Shown here: one piece after another, positions 18,793 to 28,918 of the stretch
Layout of the letters: each line of letters starts with the position of its first letter
How positions within the stretch are numbered: the first letter of the stretch is position 1
Assembly (NCBI GenBank): GCA_964592525.1
Contig: CAZQFB010000001.1
Span: 212,413-276,412, forward strand
Source of the DNA: an uncultured Candidatus Saccharibacteria bacterium
Lineage (GTDB): Bacteria; Patescibacteriota; WWE3; CAZQFB01
Direction of reading: 5' to 3'
DNA length: 64,000 nt
The notes under the pieces: model-generated
Told to the model about the DNA's origin: nothing
The model's input: only the letters and a program-made list of their open reading frames with translations
Database searches by the model: none
Program-made: the position numbers and the translations under genes

Positions 18793-20350
18793 TAAACCGG
18801 TCTTGCTAGTATTACTGTTAGTTGTCCTGGTACGTTTACTCCTGCTCAATGTTAATTTGGCTGAAATCGGCGATTCTTATAATCTCCTTACGGCTGGAGA
18901 GGCTCTAAAATCCTTGCAGTACCCTCTGGAGGAGAAGAGGTTACCTCTGCTGCCACTGCTTCTTTCTCTGAATCGTGTTATTGAACCGCTTTTGTTTGGT
19001 CGTTTATTGATGTTAGTGCTTAGCACTTTAAGCATAATTATCACTTTGAAGCTTTATTATCACTTATCTGCTGGTAAAAATTACGGGTGGTTTCTAGTGC
19101 TTCTATTGGCTACCCAACCACTTTGGTCTTACTGGTCTTTACGGATTATGACTGACGTGTTGTTTGCATTGCTGTTTATGCTTTTTGTCTATCTGACCAT
19201 GAGTAAAACACCTAGTCCGCGCCTAGCCATTTATCTTGGAGTAGTTACTGGGCTAGCAGCGCAAACTAGGTTTGAAGGGTTTTTGTTACTAGCTGCTTAT
19301 CTACTATTTCTGTTTATAAAAAATAAGTATCGGTATTTGGTTTACTTTTTAACGCCAGCCTTGCTGATTGTTTTGCCTTTTTTTATTCGTAACTGGCTGC
19401 ACTTTGGTAGTCTGTTTTATTCGTCTTATGCCCAAGAAGCTTCACAGTATCTTCCCGATTTAAGGTTAATAGCGATTTTTATTACTTATTTAGTTTTTTT
19501 AATGGGTCCTTTAACCACTTGGTTTGTCCGCTTGGGGGTCTCTCAAGTGGCGCGTTTGAAAGTGACCCAAATTTTGCCAACAGTGATTTATCTGTTTTTA
19601 TTTATGCCCTTAATTGGTGTTTGGACAGCAGCGGTACCGAGACTTTTCTACTCTCTAGTACCTCTTTTTGCCTTGTTAGTGGTACTCGGTTTTGAGCAAG
19701 CTTCTGGTAGAGGAAAAGAGGAGCTAAAACCAAGCGCCGTCTTATTTGGATTGTTCTTGGTGTTAGCTTGGTTTTTAAGAGTGGATTTTATCACCGGCAG
19801 TTTTTCTGCCATGGTCTTGGTAAGCTTTTTAAGTTTGTTGGGTTTAATTTCCCTTGGGCTGACTGCTAATTACCGACCTTGGTTAATGACGGTGATGCTT
19901 CTTTCTAATTTAATAGTTGCCACCTCGGTTATTTCCCAAGCTAAAGACAGAGCGAGTACGACATGGCAAGCAGTGCAATACGCTTCTAAATTGCCTGGTT
20001 TGATTGGTTATGCTGACGAAACTGGTGTGAGTTCATGGTATTTGCGCAAGACTGGTCGCTACTGGCGTGATGACCCTGGGTTTACAGAAGCGCTTAATTG
20101 GCTGCGGGATAATCAAATTAAATATGTGCTGCTTACTAACGAACACTACGAGGAAGGGGCGCAATTTTTGGTTGTTTATGACAGGCATGATGCCCATATG
20201 TTTAAATTGCTAACCAGATTTGAGCGGGTTGGTGATCAAGATCTCTTCAATCAATTGTTTGCAAAATTGGGTTGGAAAGACGCCAAACAATTAATACCAA
20301 AATATGCTGAAGTCTATGAAGTTATTTCGTACCGATCACCAAGCGATTAA
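18779..20350 (+). CDS. polytopic membrane protein, GT-C-like (putative glycosyltransferase)
   Basis: A 523 aa protein with about 12 TM segments and a GT-C-like architecture. The motifs are weaker. The start overlaps the upstream gene. Confidence 0.45.
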   Translation: MKFNNKPVLLVLLLVVLVRLLLLNVNLAEIGDSYNLLTAGEALKSLQYPLEEKRLPLLPLLLSLNRVIEPLLFGRLLMLVLSTLSIIITLKLYYHLSAGKNYGWFLVLLLATQPLWSYWSLRIMTDVLFALLFMLFVYLTMSKTPSPRLAIYLGVVTGLAAQTRFEGFLLLAAYLLFLFIKNKYRYLVYFLTPALLIVLPFFIRNWLHFGSLFYSSYAQEASQYLPDLRLIAIFITYLVFLMGPLTTWFVRLGVSQVARLKVTQILPTVIYLFLFMPLIGVWTAAVPRLFYSLVPLFALLVVLGFEQASGRGKEELKPSAVLFGLFLVLAWFLRVDFITGSFSAMVLVSFLSLLGLISLGLTANYRPWLMTVMLLSNLIVATSVISQAKDRASTTWQAVQYASKLPGLIGYADETGVSSWYLRKTGRYWRDDPGFTEALNWLRDNQIKYVLLTNEHYEEGAQFLVVYDRHDAHMFKLLTRFERVGDQDLFNQLFAKLGWKDAKQLIPKYAEVYEVISYRSPSD

Positions 20351-21731
20351 ACTTTTTTGGTTGGTCTTTTTTGTTTATACCCTTAGTTGGTTGTGTTTTT
20401 ATTTTAGCGGTATCAATCGGACGTTGCTTCCCAGTGAAGATGCTTTACCAGCCACTTATCTGCCAGTATCTTTGGTTAGCGAAGGTAATTTGGATTTGAA
20501 CGAATACTATGATTATTTAGTTAGTCACTATCCCAACCCAGACGATAAAGACGCCTTGCCCTTTTATGTGCGGTATATTAATGACAGGTATGTTTCCGGG
20601 TTTCCCGTGGTTAATGTACTAATGGTGGCCCCGATATATGCCTTTTTTATATGGGGTGCTTCACTCTTTTCAGGGCTCATGCCTTCTCTAGCCGACCTAA
20701 CCTCAAGTGTTGTTTTTATTCTCGCTTTAGGAAAAATAGCTTCGGCGATTATAGCGGCTTTTTCGGTGTTGGTTGTTTATTTGATAGGTAAGGAAATGTC
20801 AACTAGCAAGGTTGCGCTTGTGGTGAGTTTGATTTATGGATTAGCCACTTCTACTTTTAGTGTTTCTAGTCAGGGGATGTGGCAACATGGTTCAGTTGAG
20901 TTGTTTTTAAGTTTAGCTCTTCTTTTTCTGGTTAGAGGTGGCTCAAAAGCATACCTTTCTGCTCTCTTTTTATCTCTGGCTACTTTAACCAGACCGACTA
21001 TGGGTTTGGTGGCAATAATTTTTGCGGTGTATTTTATCTGGCAACACCAAGAGCAACTGCACAGATTTATCTTGCTCGCTCTGCTCCCTCTTGTGCCTTG
21101 GTTTATCTATAACCGCATTTATTTCGGTGCTTTTTTGTCTCATGCCTATAATACCGGGGTAGGCACTCAAGGTAACTGGACCGGTAGCTTTCCAGAAGGG
21201 TTCTTAGGTTTGTTGCTCTCGCCAAGCAAGGGCTTATTTATCTATTCACCCGTTCTGCTATTTGTATGGTGGGGGATAGGGTTGTTATTTAAACAAAGAA
21301 TTCAACCCAAACGCTTACTTAACTTCTATTATTTTGCCCTTTTTGCAGTGGTAGCTTATATCTTACTGATGGGAAGGTGGTATCACTGGTTTGGTGGTTG
21401 GTCTTTTAGTTACCGCATGATTGTGGATATTTTACCTTTAATAGTGCTGTTTTTAGTTCCGGTGATGGCGCACCAGCTCCTCTTTTGGTGGCGGTTTCTC
21501 TTTAGCCTATTATTTATTTATTCTTTTGGTATTCAGCTTCTTGGAGTCGCTTTTTTTGATGGCGAGTGGCATGCGCGCTATGATGATGGGCCTTATGATA
21601 CGAGGTGGTTATGGTCAATTGAGAATTCAGAGCTGTTGTACTACTCCAGAAAAATTAAATGCAAGCTAGGGACTAGTAGTGTGTCGGAATATCTTGAGTG
21701 TCAGGGTTTTAGAAAAGAGAGTGCAAACTAA
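20304..21731 (+). CDS. polytopic membrane protein, GT-C-like (putative glycosyltransferase)
   Basis: A 475 aa protein with an N-terminal loop (LPSEDALPATYLP...NEYYDYL) followed by multiple TM segments. The likely true start is an internal Met near 20316. Confidence 0.4.
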   Translation: MLKSMKLFRTDHQAIKLFWLVFFVYTLSWLCFYFSGINRTLLPSEDALPATYLPVSLVSEGNLDLNEYYDYLVSHYPNPDDKDALPFYVRYINDRYVSGFPVVNVLMVAPIYAFFIWGASLFSGLMPSLADLTSSVVFILALGKIASAIIAAFSVLVVYLIGKEMSTSKVALVVSLIYGLATSTFSVSSQGMWQHGSVELFLSLALLFLVRGGSKAYLSALFLSLATLTRPTMGLVAIIFAVYFIWQHQEQLHRFILLALLPLVPWFIYNRIYFGAFLSHAYNTGVGTQGNWTGSFPEGFLGLLLSPSKGLFIYSPVLLFVWWGIGLLFKQRIQPKRLLNFYYFALFAVVAYILLMGRWYHWFGGWSFSYRMIVDILPLIVLFLVPVMAHQLLFWWRFLFSLLFIYSFGIQLLGVAFFDGEWHARYDDGPYDTRWLWSIENSELLYYSRKIKCKLGTSSVSEYLECQGFRKESAN

Positions 21732-21755
21732 ATTGTCACTTGTTATTGTAGTTTT

Positions 21756-22460
21756 ATGTTTTTATCAGTAGTAATTCCTGTTTATAACGAAAGAAATACG
21801 ATTAGAGAGATTGTGGCTAAAGTGTATAACCTCAATATCAATAAAGAGATTATTTTGGTTGATGACGGCAGTACTGATGGTACTATCCAGGAACTTAAAA
21901 ATATTGAGCGTGAGTTTGACGAGGTGAGGGTGATCTTCCACAGCCGAAATCAGGGCAAAGGAGCGGCTTTGCGAACTGGTTTTGGCCAGGTGAAAGGTGA
22001 TTATGTTATTGTCCAAGATGCCGATTTGGAATATGATCCCGCAGATTTCCACAAACTTTTGGAAGTGGTAGAAAGTGGTGAGGCTGAAGTGGTTTATGGT
22101 TCCCGCTTTGTAGGCAAAACTAAGCGAGATATTTACCGCAAAGGCAACATGCATTGGCTGCATTTGATAGGTAATAAATTCCTGACCAAAGCGACCAACC
22201 TTTTATATGGAGTAAAGCTTACGGATATGGAAACATGTTACAAGTTAATACCCGCCAATTTGATTCGTCAGATTAAGATCAGGTCCGATCGGTTTAACTT
22301 TGAACCGGAAATTACCGCTAAAATTTTAAAAAGAGGCTACAAAATAAAAGAGGTGCCTATCCACTATTCTGGTAGGGAAATGAGTGAAGGTAAAAATATC
22401 TCTTGGCGAGATGGTCCTGCGGCGCTTTGGGCTCTGATCAAGTTTAGGTTTATGGAATAG
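21756..22460 (+). CDS. GT2 polyprenol-phosphate glycosyltransferase (DPM synthase-like, soluble form)
   Basis: LSVVIPVYNE...IILVDDGSTDGT...NQGKGAALRTG...VIVQDADLEYDP. Confidence 0.75.
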   Translation: MFLSVVIPVYNERNTIREIVAKVYNLNINKEIILVDDGSTDGTIQELKNIEREFDEVRVIFHSRNQGKGAALRTGFGQVKGDYVIVQDADLEYDPADFHKLLEVVESGEAEVVYGSRFVGKTKRDIYRKGNMHWLHLIGNKFLTKATNLLYGVKLTDMETCYKLIPANLIRQIKIRSDRFNFEPEITAKILKRGYKIKEVPIHYSGREMSEGKNISWRDGPAALWALIKFRFME

Positions 22461-22462
22461 CT

Positions 22463-24028
22463 ATGTCCGTTAATTCGCGTATTGCTGTAGATTCTATAAA
22501 AACAGCTATAGCCACTTTTGGTATGCAGGCTGTGGCTTTTGCGGTTTCTATTCTGGTAGCTCAATTTTACGGAGCTACTAAGGTTATGGATGCCTACTTT
22601 TTTGCTTTAGCAGTTCCGGCTCTTTTTACGGCGGCCTTGTTTGGTGCTCTGAAAGCTGTTTTTATTCCGGTTTACACTGATTATGTTAGTAAACATCCCA
22701 AACAGAAGCAAGCGGTTTTGGGGGCAGCTTATAGTAGTGTAACACTGCTGTCGGTGACGGCCGCGCTGCTGCTTTATTATCTCGCTCCCTTGCTCATGCC
22801 CTTAGTGGCTTCTGGACTAGAAGGGGAAGAAGCCAAGTTGTTGGTGGTCACACTCGCTCGGGAATTAATGCCTTTGGTAGTGCTCTCCTCAATCATTGGC
22901 TTGATGAATTCTATTTACCAAGCCGAGCAGCGATTTGTCATGCCCATTCTGACTCCTTTTGCTCGTAGTTTGGTGTTATTTATTTTTGTTGTTTTTTTCC
23001 GAGATCAATTGGGCATACACGCTTTAACCTATGGTTCGGTTTTGGGTGAGCTGTTAAACCTGTTGCTCATGTTTGGGGCGCTGAAAGTTCGCGGTATTTA
23101 CTTTGGCTTTAGATCCATGTTTCACCCAGTTATTAAAAGAATGGCTAGGTTGTCCATAGCTCCATTGGTAGGTAACCTGGTTCTCGAGTTTAATCCTTTG
23201 GTGGATAAGATTATGATCGCTTCTACGGCGGTTGGTTCGGTAACTGCTTTAAACATAGCTTATAAATGGAACGATATCCCTCTCATGCTTCTAAGCTCGG
23301 GTGGATTTATGTCGGTTATTCTTTCTCATTGGTCCAAACTCAAAGCTGAAGAAGATATGGATAAAGTGGTCCAAAGTTTGCATCAGTCTCTAACCATGGT
23401 GGTCTTTATCTTAATGCCTTTTCTAACTGCCTTTTTTGTTTTACGTTCAGAGATTATCACCTTTTTTTACCTTAGAAAGGAATTTAGTGTGGAAGCGGCA
23501 GATAATGTGGCTTTATTATGGGGTGTTTTGCTTTGGGGTGTTCTGCCCGTTCTCACCGGTCGTATTTTGGTGCGGGTGTATCATGTGATGCAAGATACCT
23601 CCACTCCATTTTGGATAGGTATCTCCCGTACCATTCTCAATATAGTCTTAAATTTCATTTTCAAGGCTATGTTTGGGTTGGTGGGGATAGCTATTTCAAG
23701 TATTGTGACCCAATACATCCTCACCACTATTAATTTTTACCTATTAAAGAAAAAACTTTTTCAGCTTGAGTTGAGATTTTTAACTCTTTCCTGGCTTAAG
23801 ATATTTTTATGTGCTCTGCCCATGGCTTTGGTGATGAGGTTTAGCTATCATCCTTTGCTCAATCTTGCTCAAATTATCATTAATCAAGAACTGCTTTATC
23901 CTGTGCTGGCCATAGGTGCCACTTCTTTTCTTGGGTTACTGATCTATTTATTAGTCTCAAGAGTAATTAAACTGGCTGAATTTGAGCTGCTCTTTTCCAA
24001 TATGAGTAAATTGCTGCGCAAATCTTAA
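22463..24028 (+). CDS. MurJ/MviN-family (MOP superfamily) lipid-linked glycan flippase
   Basis: The N-terminus SRIAVDSIKTAIATFGMQAVAFAVSILVAQFYGATKVMDAYFFALAVP matches the MurJ signature region. The protein is 521 aa with about 14 TM segments. Confidence 0.65.
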   Translation: MSVNSRIAVDSIKTAIATFGMQAVAFAVSILVAQFYGATKVMDAYFFALAVPALFTAALFGALKAVFIPVYTDYVSKHPKQKQAVLGAAYSSVTLLSVTAALLLYYLAPLLMPLVASGLEGEEAKLLVVTLARELMPLVVLSSIIGLMNSIYQAEQRFVMPILTPFARSLVLFIFVVFFRDQLGIHALTYGSVLGELLNLLLMFGALKVRGIYFGFRSMFHPVIKRMARLSIAPLVGNLVLEFNPLVDKIMIASTAVGSVTALNIAYKWNDIPLMLLSSGGFMSVILSHWSKLKAEEDMDKVVQSLHQSLTMVVFILMPFLTAFFVLRSEIITFFYLRKEFSVEAADNVALLWGVLLWGVLPVLTGRILVRVYHVMQDTSTPFWIGISRTILNIVLNFIFKAMFGLVGIAISSIVTQYILTTINFYLLKKKLFQLELRFLTLSWLKIFLCALPMALVMRFSYHPLLNLAQIIINQELLYPVLAIGATSFLGLLIYLLVSRVIKLAEFELLFSNMSKLLRKS

Positions 24029-24041
24029 TCTGGAGACCCCG

Positions 24042-24100
24042 CTCGGGGCACTCCTGCTGGGAATGCCCCGAGGCGAGGTTTAAGGAGTTCCCTCCTTTTG
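24042..24100. terminator. bidirectional terminator hairpins between convergent genes
   Basis: ctcggggca (24042-24050) pairs with tgccccgag (24064-24072) as a 9 bp stem. A second small hairpin ggag-ttcc-ctcc follows, then ttttg. The element lies between the MurJ (+) stop and the stop of the 109 aa (-) ORF. Confidence 0.45.
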
Positions 24101-24122
24101 CTGGAAAACCCAACCAACTAGA

Positions 24123-24452
24123 TTAAGATGAGTTATCATCCCACCACGTAAAAAAGCCGAAGTAACCTAATACTTCAACAGCTATTTGGATGGGGATGAA
24201 GATACCCGCCAAGCTACTTGGTAGTATTTCCATCGGAACCTCAACGATACTACCTTTCTCGTTACGCGCTTTGAGGTGCTCCTCCTGAACATTGCCCACG
24301 CAATAAGCGCAAACCTGGGTGATCTCTAGGGGGCTCCTTCCCACGGTCTTTTGCAGAGTTGCTACCAAATTGGAGAGGCGGACGAAGAAGCTAGGGCTGG
24401 GGAGTCCGGGATGCTTTGAGTACTCCCAGACACCAGGGTACTTCATTTTCAC
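24123..24452 (-). CDS. small hypothetical protein with C-terminal hydrophobic segment
   Basis: A 109 aa protein. No family was recognised. GGAGG lies 13 nt upstream of the ATG, and the local GC is slightly raised. Confidence 0.3.
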   Translation of the reverse strand: MKMKYPGVWEYSKHPGLPSPSFFVRLSNLVATLQKTVGRSPLEITQVCAYCVGNVQEEHLKARNEKGSIVEVPMEILPSSLAGIFIPIQIAVEVLGYFGFFTWWDDNSS

Positions 24453-24534
24453 GTTGGTACCTCCTCACTTGCACGGTTGTACCGAATAGGTACGGGAATT
24501 ATAGCAGAATATTAAGGTTATTTTGTTCAAACTG

Positions 24535-26130
24535 CTACTTGGGTTTTTTTACCACCCAAGCATAGGTAAAATCATTAAGCTTACTTTCAAAGATAATATT
24601 GTCTTCCTTAAAGTATTTATCGATCATGATGTTTTCTTTTTCCCTTTGCAGTTGGTTAACATAAAAGACGAGATAGGTAACGTCTTCTTCTTCGTATCTA
24701 AAGGTTGGTCTAACCTCGCATAAACAACCAGGGGCTACCGTAGCTTCGTACCAAGAAGATACTCTAATGTTTTCGGGGTCTTCCAGGGAGTTAAGATACT
24801 TGGTGACCTCTTTCATACCTTCTCCCCAGCCAACCCTAATAAACCGAACCGCGCTTTGTTGACCCCCAAGCAGAGGGTTGTAGTAGCCCAGGTATTGATT
24901 CTCCAAACCATTGGTGGACAAAATGAAAATAGTGATCACCGCTAAACCCAAGAAAGGTATTAACCAATTCTTTATTCGTGGCCACTTTTCCTCAAATTTA
25001 GTAAATAGCCAATAAAAAGAAACAGAGGCCACTAAATCAAGGAAAACAAGTGTTTCCAGGCTGTAGCGGTCTTCTTTTTTACTAGGTATGGCCAGGATCA
25101 CGATCCAATAGATGGCAAAAAGTAGGAAAATTAAGATTAGTCTTTTGATGTTTGTGTCCTTGATCTTTTTGGTGAGAAGAAGGATCAAGGTTAAAGGTAA
25201 CCCTATAAAGGTGAGTACGCTTTGTCTAAAAAGAATAGCCAAAAGGTAAAAGAGGCGTGGTTCTCCATTATCGTATAACCGTCCAAAGAAAAACTCATTA
25301 CCTTCAAACGCTCCTTTTAAGCCTTCCTCAAAGATTGATTTTCTGAAGGCCTCAATGGTGCCGGAGAAGTTGGTAACCCAAGAGGGTAAGAGCAGAATAG
25401 AAACGAGTAGGAAGGTCACTGTTAGTAACACACTATCTTTGATTATGGTTTGTGGTATTTTTTTGCTCCTCATCATTTCCCCCACGCTGTCCCAGGAGAG
25501 GATTAGCCAAACCAGGGGTAAAATACTTAGCCCGTATATTTTGGTCATGCCGTTTAGGGCTAATAGGACTCCCGTAGTAATTAACCAAATTCTCGTTTTT
25601 TGCCTTTGATACAGCAGGGCAGATAAAACAGAGCCTATGATAAAAGAAGTCTGGATAGCGTCCATTTGCACTACTCGAGAATGCGCTAGAAAGTAAACAT
25701 TGCTTAGGACCAAGAACGTTGCAATAGAAGCGAATTTGCTGTTGGTTAATTTTTGTAAGCTGTAAAAGATAAAGGCGATGAGTAAAGAGGTGATTAGAAT
25801 AATCGGAAGCTGATAAGCAAAGTGGACTCTGTTGAAAGTATGGGAGAGATAGGGATAATCTTGGTAATCAAAAGTAGGATCAAATTGGCGATAAATCAGC
25901 CTTAAAGTTCTTAAGGAAATAACTGATTGCCATGTAATGGTAGCTCCAGGGTGACCGGCTACCATGGCATCTTCCCATCTACCCTCTTTGACGACATGAT
26001 AAAAATCATTAGTTCTCTCATGCCAATGGTATTCATCTGGGTTAATGGCTTCAGCATTAATCTGCCAAAGTCTAAGCCCCAGCGCCAGTAGAAATATTGC
26101 TACAGTAAATAGAAAGGTTCTACGGTTCAT
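24535..26130 (-). CDS. GT-C membrane glycosyltransferase, PMT/ArnT-like
   Basis: NPDEYHWHERTND...AGHPGATITW gives a DE motif and an HP motif in the first loop. The protein is 531 aa and polytopic. Confidence 0.6.
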   Translation of the reverse strand: MNRRTFLFTVAIFLLALGLRLWQINAEAINPDEYHWHERTNDFYHVVKEGRWEDAMVAGHPGATITWQSVISLRTLRLIYRQFDPTFDYQDYPYLSHTFNRVHFAYQLPIILITSLLIAFIFYSLQKLTNSKFASIATFLVLSNVYFLAHSRVVQMDAIQTSFIIGSVLSALLYQRQKTRIWLITTGVLLALNGMTKIYGLSILPLVWLILSWDSVGEMMRSKKIPQTIIKDSVLLTVTFLLVSILLLPSWVTNFSGTIEAFRKSIFEEGLKGAFEGNEFFFGRLYDNGEPRLFYLLAILFRQSVLTFIGLPLTLILLLTKKIKDTNIKRLILIFLLFAIYWIVILAIPSKKEDRYSLETLVFLDLVASVSFYWLFTKFEEKWPRIKNWLIPFLGLAVITIFILSTNGLENQYLGYYNPLLGGQQSAVRFIRVGWGEGMKEVTKYLNSLEDPENIRVSSWYEATVAPGCLCEVRPTFRYEEEDVTYLVFYVNQLQREKENIMIDKYFKEDNIIFESKLNDFTYAWVVKKPK

Positions 26131-26241
26131 TAGTTCAGTATAGACTACGAGGAAATGTGTATAAAGTCTAAAATCTCTATAAAGGAGACTCCTTGCAAGG
26201 AGTCTCCTTAATTTATTTACGAGGTGAGGTAGAATAAGGTT

Positions 26242-27903
26242 GTGGCAAAGTACCTAAAGAGAAGTAATTCTATATTGATCGTAATTCTGATCGTTTCTTT
26301 TTTGTTGCGGGTATGGGGAATTAATTTTGGCTTTCCTTTCTTTTTGCATCCGGATGAAACTAAGATTGTGGAAAAAGCTATTACCATGGCCTTCGGTTTT
26401 AAAGAGGCTATCTTTGCCGGCGACCTTAAATTTTTTGATCCTAATTTTTATTTTTACCCCAGCTTCTTAACCTATTTGCTTATGTTTAATATTTTAGGCC
26501 TTAAGGTTATATTTCTAATTCTTAAATTCTTGACTCTGGGGAAAGTTACTTTTGCTCTGGTTTCCAAACCTCTTTTTTACTTCCTAGCTCGTTTGATTTC
26601 GGTTCTTTTTGGTACAGCTACTATTTACTTAACCTATCTATTGGGGAAAAGAATCTCTGGTAACACGGTGGGACTTATCGCGGCCTTGATTTTGGGTACC
26701 AACTTTTTCCACGCCCTTAACTCCCATTACTATACTGGTGATGTGGGGGCTACCTTTTTCACAGTCCTGTCGTTTCTATTTATTTTTATGTATTTGGATC
26801 GGGTAAAAATTATGAGAGCAGGATGGCGGAATGAATACTGGGTTTATTTAGCAGCTCTATCTATTGGTTTTGGTGCCGCTACAAAGTACTACCCAGTACT
26901 AATGCTTGCTATTTTGGTCATTAGTGTTTTTCTGGTAGAACCAGATTTTGCTGCACGCGTAAGAAAGGTAATTACTTCGGTACTAATATCTTTGGCAACC
27001 TTTATGCTGATAGTGCCTTTTAGCGTGTTTAATTTCTCGGCTTTTATTGATGAGCTGAAGGAGTCTAGTGCGCGGTCGGCTACGGGAGTGTTTGGTTTCA
27101 CTAGCGATAATTTTTTCCATTACCTGACCTCCACCGAGCCAACGTTTATTGAACCAATAGCACAAAATTCACTATTGCATGGTTTGGGCTTGGTTTTCAT
27201 GTTGCTTTTCCTTGCTTCTTTAGGGCTATTGCCGGCTAAAAAGAATAAGAAGGTTCTGCTACTGATAATTTATGTGTTGGGACACTATCTTTTCTTTGCG
27301 CACAACCTCACCAAAATTTTAAGGTGGCTCTTGCCGCTTGCTCCTCTTGGGTCTGTTTTGGTTGCTATTCTCATTGTCGAGCTGGGTAATAAGCTGGTTA
27401 GAATAAAGCTGTGGTTAGTGGGTGGTGTTTTACTCGCCATTATCATTCCTAACCTCTACAGAACTATTCTTGTTGATGATGCTTTTACCAAAGAAGATAC
27501 GAGAGTTCAGCTTTACCATTGGGTGGAGAATCATATTCCCGAAAACAGTCGAATCGTGTTTGAGTATTTCAACATCGCCCAGTTTACCAGAAGAGATCTT
27601 TATTATTTTGAATTTGATCATCCCCGCTATAACATTAATGGAGAGATAGCAGCTAGCCGACCACCTGATTACCTGTGGCTTAAAAATGTTTACCAGCCAG
27701 AGTATATTGTTATCAATGGGAGTTTGAGAGATCGCTATAAACAAAAGAGTATGCAAAAATTATTTCCGGAAACCTGCTCAGCCTGGCTTGAAATCTATGA
27801 TAATATTCACAAAGATTATCAGGTAGCCGTTAGGTTTAGGCCATCGTTTCCCGACAGAATCATGTCGGGGCCAGAGATGATTGTTTATGTGCCTAGAAAG
27901 TAA
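26242..27903 (+). CDS. GT-C membrane glycosyltransferase, PMT/ArnT-like (paralog set A)
   Basis: GFPFFLHPDETKIV. It shares the N-terminal RxWGI...GFPF(L)YHPDEP motif with the genes at 33355 and 34946. Confidence 0.6.
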   Translation: MAKYLKRSNSILIVILIVSFLLRVWGINFGFPFFLHPDETKIVEKAITMAFGFKEAIFAGDLKFFDPNFYFYPSFLTYLLMFNILGLKVIFLILKFLTLGKVTFALVSKPLFYFLARLISVLFGTATIYLTYLLGKRISGNTVGLIAALILGTNFFHALNSHYYTGDVGATFFTVLSFLFIFMYLDRVKIMRAGWRNEYWVYLAALSIGFGAATKYYPVLMLAILVISVFLVEPDFAARVRKVITSVLISLATFMLIVPFSVFNFSAFIDELKESSARSATGVFGFTSDNFFHYLTSTEPTFIEPIAQNSLLHGLGLVFMLLFLASLGLLPAKKNKKVLLLIIYVLGHYLFFAHNLTKILRWLLPLAPLGSVLVAILIVELGNKLVRIKLWLVGGVLLAIIIPNLYRTILVDDAFTKEDTRVQLYHWVENHIPENSRIVFEYFNIAQFTRRDLYYFEFDHPRYNINGEIAASRPPDYLWLKNVYQPEYIVINGSLRDRYKQKSMQKLFPETCSAWLEIYDNIHKDYQVAVRFRPSFPDRIMSGPEMIVYVPRK

Positions 27904-27926
27904 AAAGTGGAAAGCGAAAAATAAAT

Positions 27927-28913
27927 ATGATTGAGGATAGCCAACCAAGGGATAGTAGTAAGATTGATCTTTCTATTGTCATACCGCTTTACAACGAGGA
28001 GGAAAGTATTCCTTATCTCTATGAGGAAATTAAGGCGGTGATAGATAGTCAAAATTATAATGTTGAAGTGATAATTGTGGATGACGGGTCTTCGGATAAT
28101 TCTTTTGAAAAGCTAAGGAAAATTCATGACAAAGACAACAGGTTCAAAGTGATTTCTTTTAGAAGGAACTTTGGTCAAACTGCCGCCTTGCAAGCGGGTT
28201 TTGACAAAGCTAAAGGTGAGGTGATTGTTACCCTTGATGCTGATTTGGAGAATGATCCTAAAAACATACCAGATTTATTGGCTAAGTTAGATGAAGGTTA
28301 TGATATTGTTTCTGGCTTAAGAGCCGAACGATGGTCAGGTGGGTTGATGAGTTTAATCAAGAGGAAACTGCCTTCGGCTGCAGCAAACTATTTAATTTCT
28401 CGGACCTCACAAGTTCGTCTTCATGATACGGGTTGTACGCTGAAAGCTTATCGACGTGAGGTATTAAGTCAGATCAGGTTATATGGTGATTCTCACCGAT
28501 TTATCCCAGCAATGGCTAGTCAATATGGGGCTAGGGTTAGTGAGGTGGAAGTCAACTTCCGCCCCAGACGTTTTGGTACTTCCAAGTATGGGTTTTCTCG
28601 CACCATCAAAGTATTCTTAGACGTTATTCTGTTAAGGTTTATGTTAGAGTTTTCCACCCGACCGATGCAGTTTTTTGGGTTTTGGGGTTTACTCGCTGGT
28701 GGTTTGGGGTTTGTTTTTGGTTTGTATTTAACCCTTCTTAAGATCTTAGGTCATCAAAATATTGGTAGTCGACCACTTCTGCTCTTATCTGTACTCCTTC
28801 TTTTTCTGGGCGTTCAGTTGGTGATGATGGGACTTCTGGGTGAACTGCTCTCCCGCACCTACTTTGAATCACAAGGTAAAAAAACATACAGTATCAAAGA
28901 AGCCTTGCTTTAA
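27927..28913 (+). CDS. GT2 polyprenol-phosphate glycosyltransferase (ArnC/GtrB-like) with C-terminal double TM
   Basis: LSIVIPLYNEEESI...VIIVDDGSSDNS...RNFGQTAALQAGF...VTLDADLENDP, plus two C-terminal TM helices. This is a very typical ArnC/GtrB architecture. Confidence 0.8.
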   Translation: MIEDSQPRDSSKIDLSIVIPLYNEEESIPYLYEEIKAVIDSQNYNVEVIIVDDGSSDNSFEKLRKIHDKDNRFKVISFRRNFGQTAALQAGFDKAKGEVIVTLDADLENDPKNIPDLLAKLDEGYDIVSGLRAERWSGGLMSLIKRKLPSAAANYLISRTSQVRLHDTGCTLKAYRREVLSQIRLYGDSHRFIPAMASQYGARVSEVEVNFRPRRFGTSKYGFSRTIKVFLDVILLRFMLEFSTRPMQFFGFWGLLAGGLGFVFGLYLTLLKILGHQNIGSRPLLLLSVLLLFLGVQLVMMGLLGELLSRTYFESQGKKTYSIKEALL

Positions 28914-28918
28914 TTTGT

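Noticed and set aside
24453-24534. Minus-strand promoter (TTGAAC...TATAAT) upstream of the 109 aa ORF
   Set aside because: The spacer between the candidate -35 and -10 is about 21 nt, which is too long for a confident sigma70 call.
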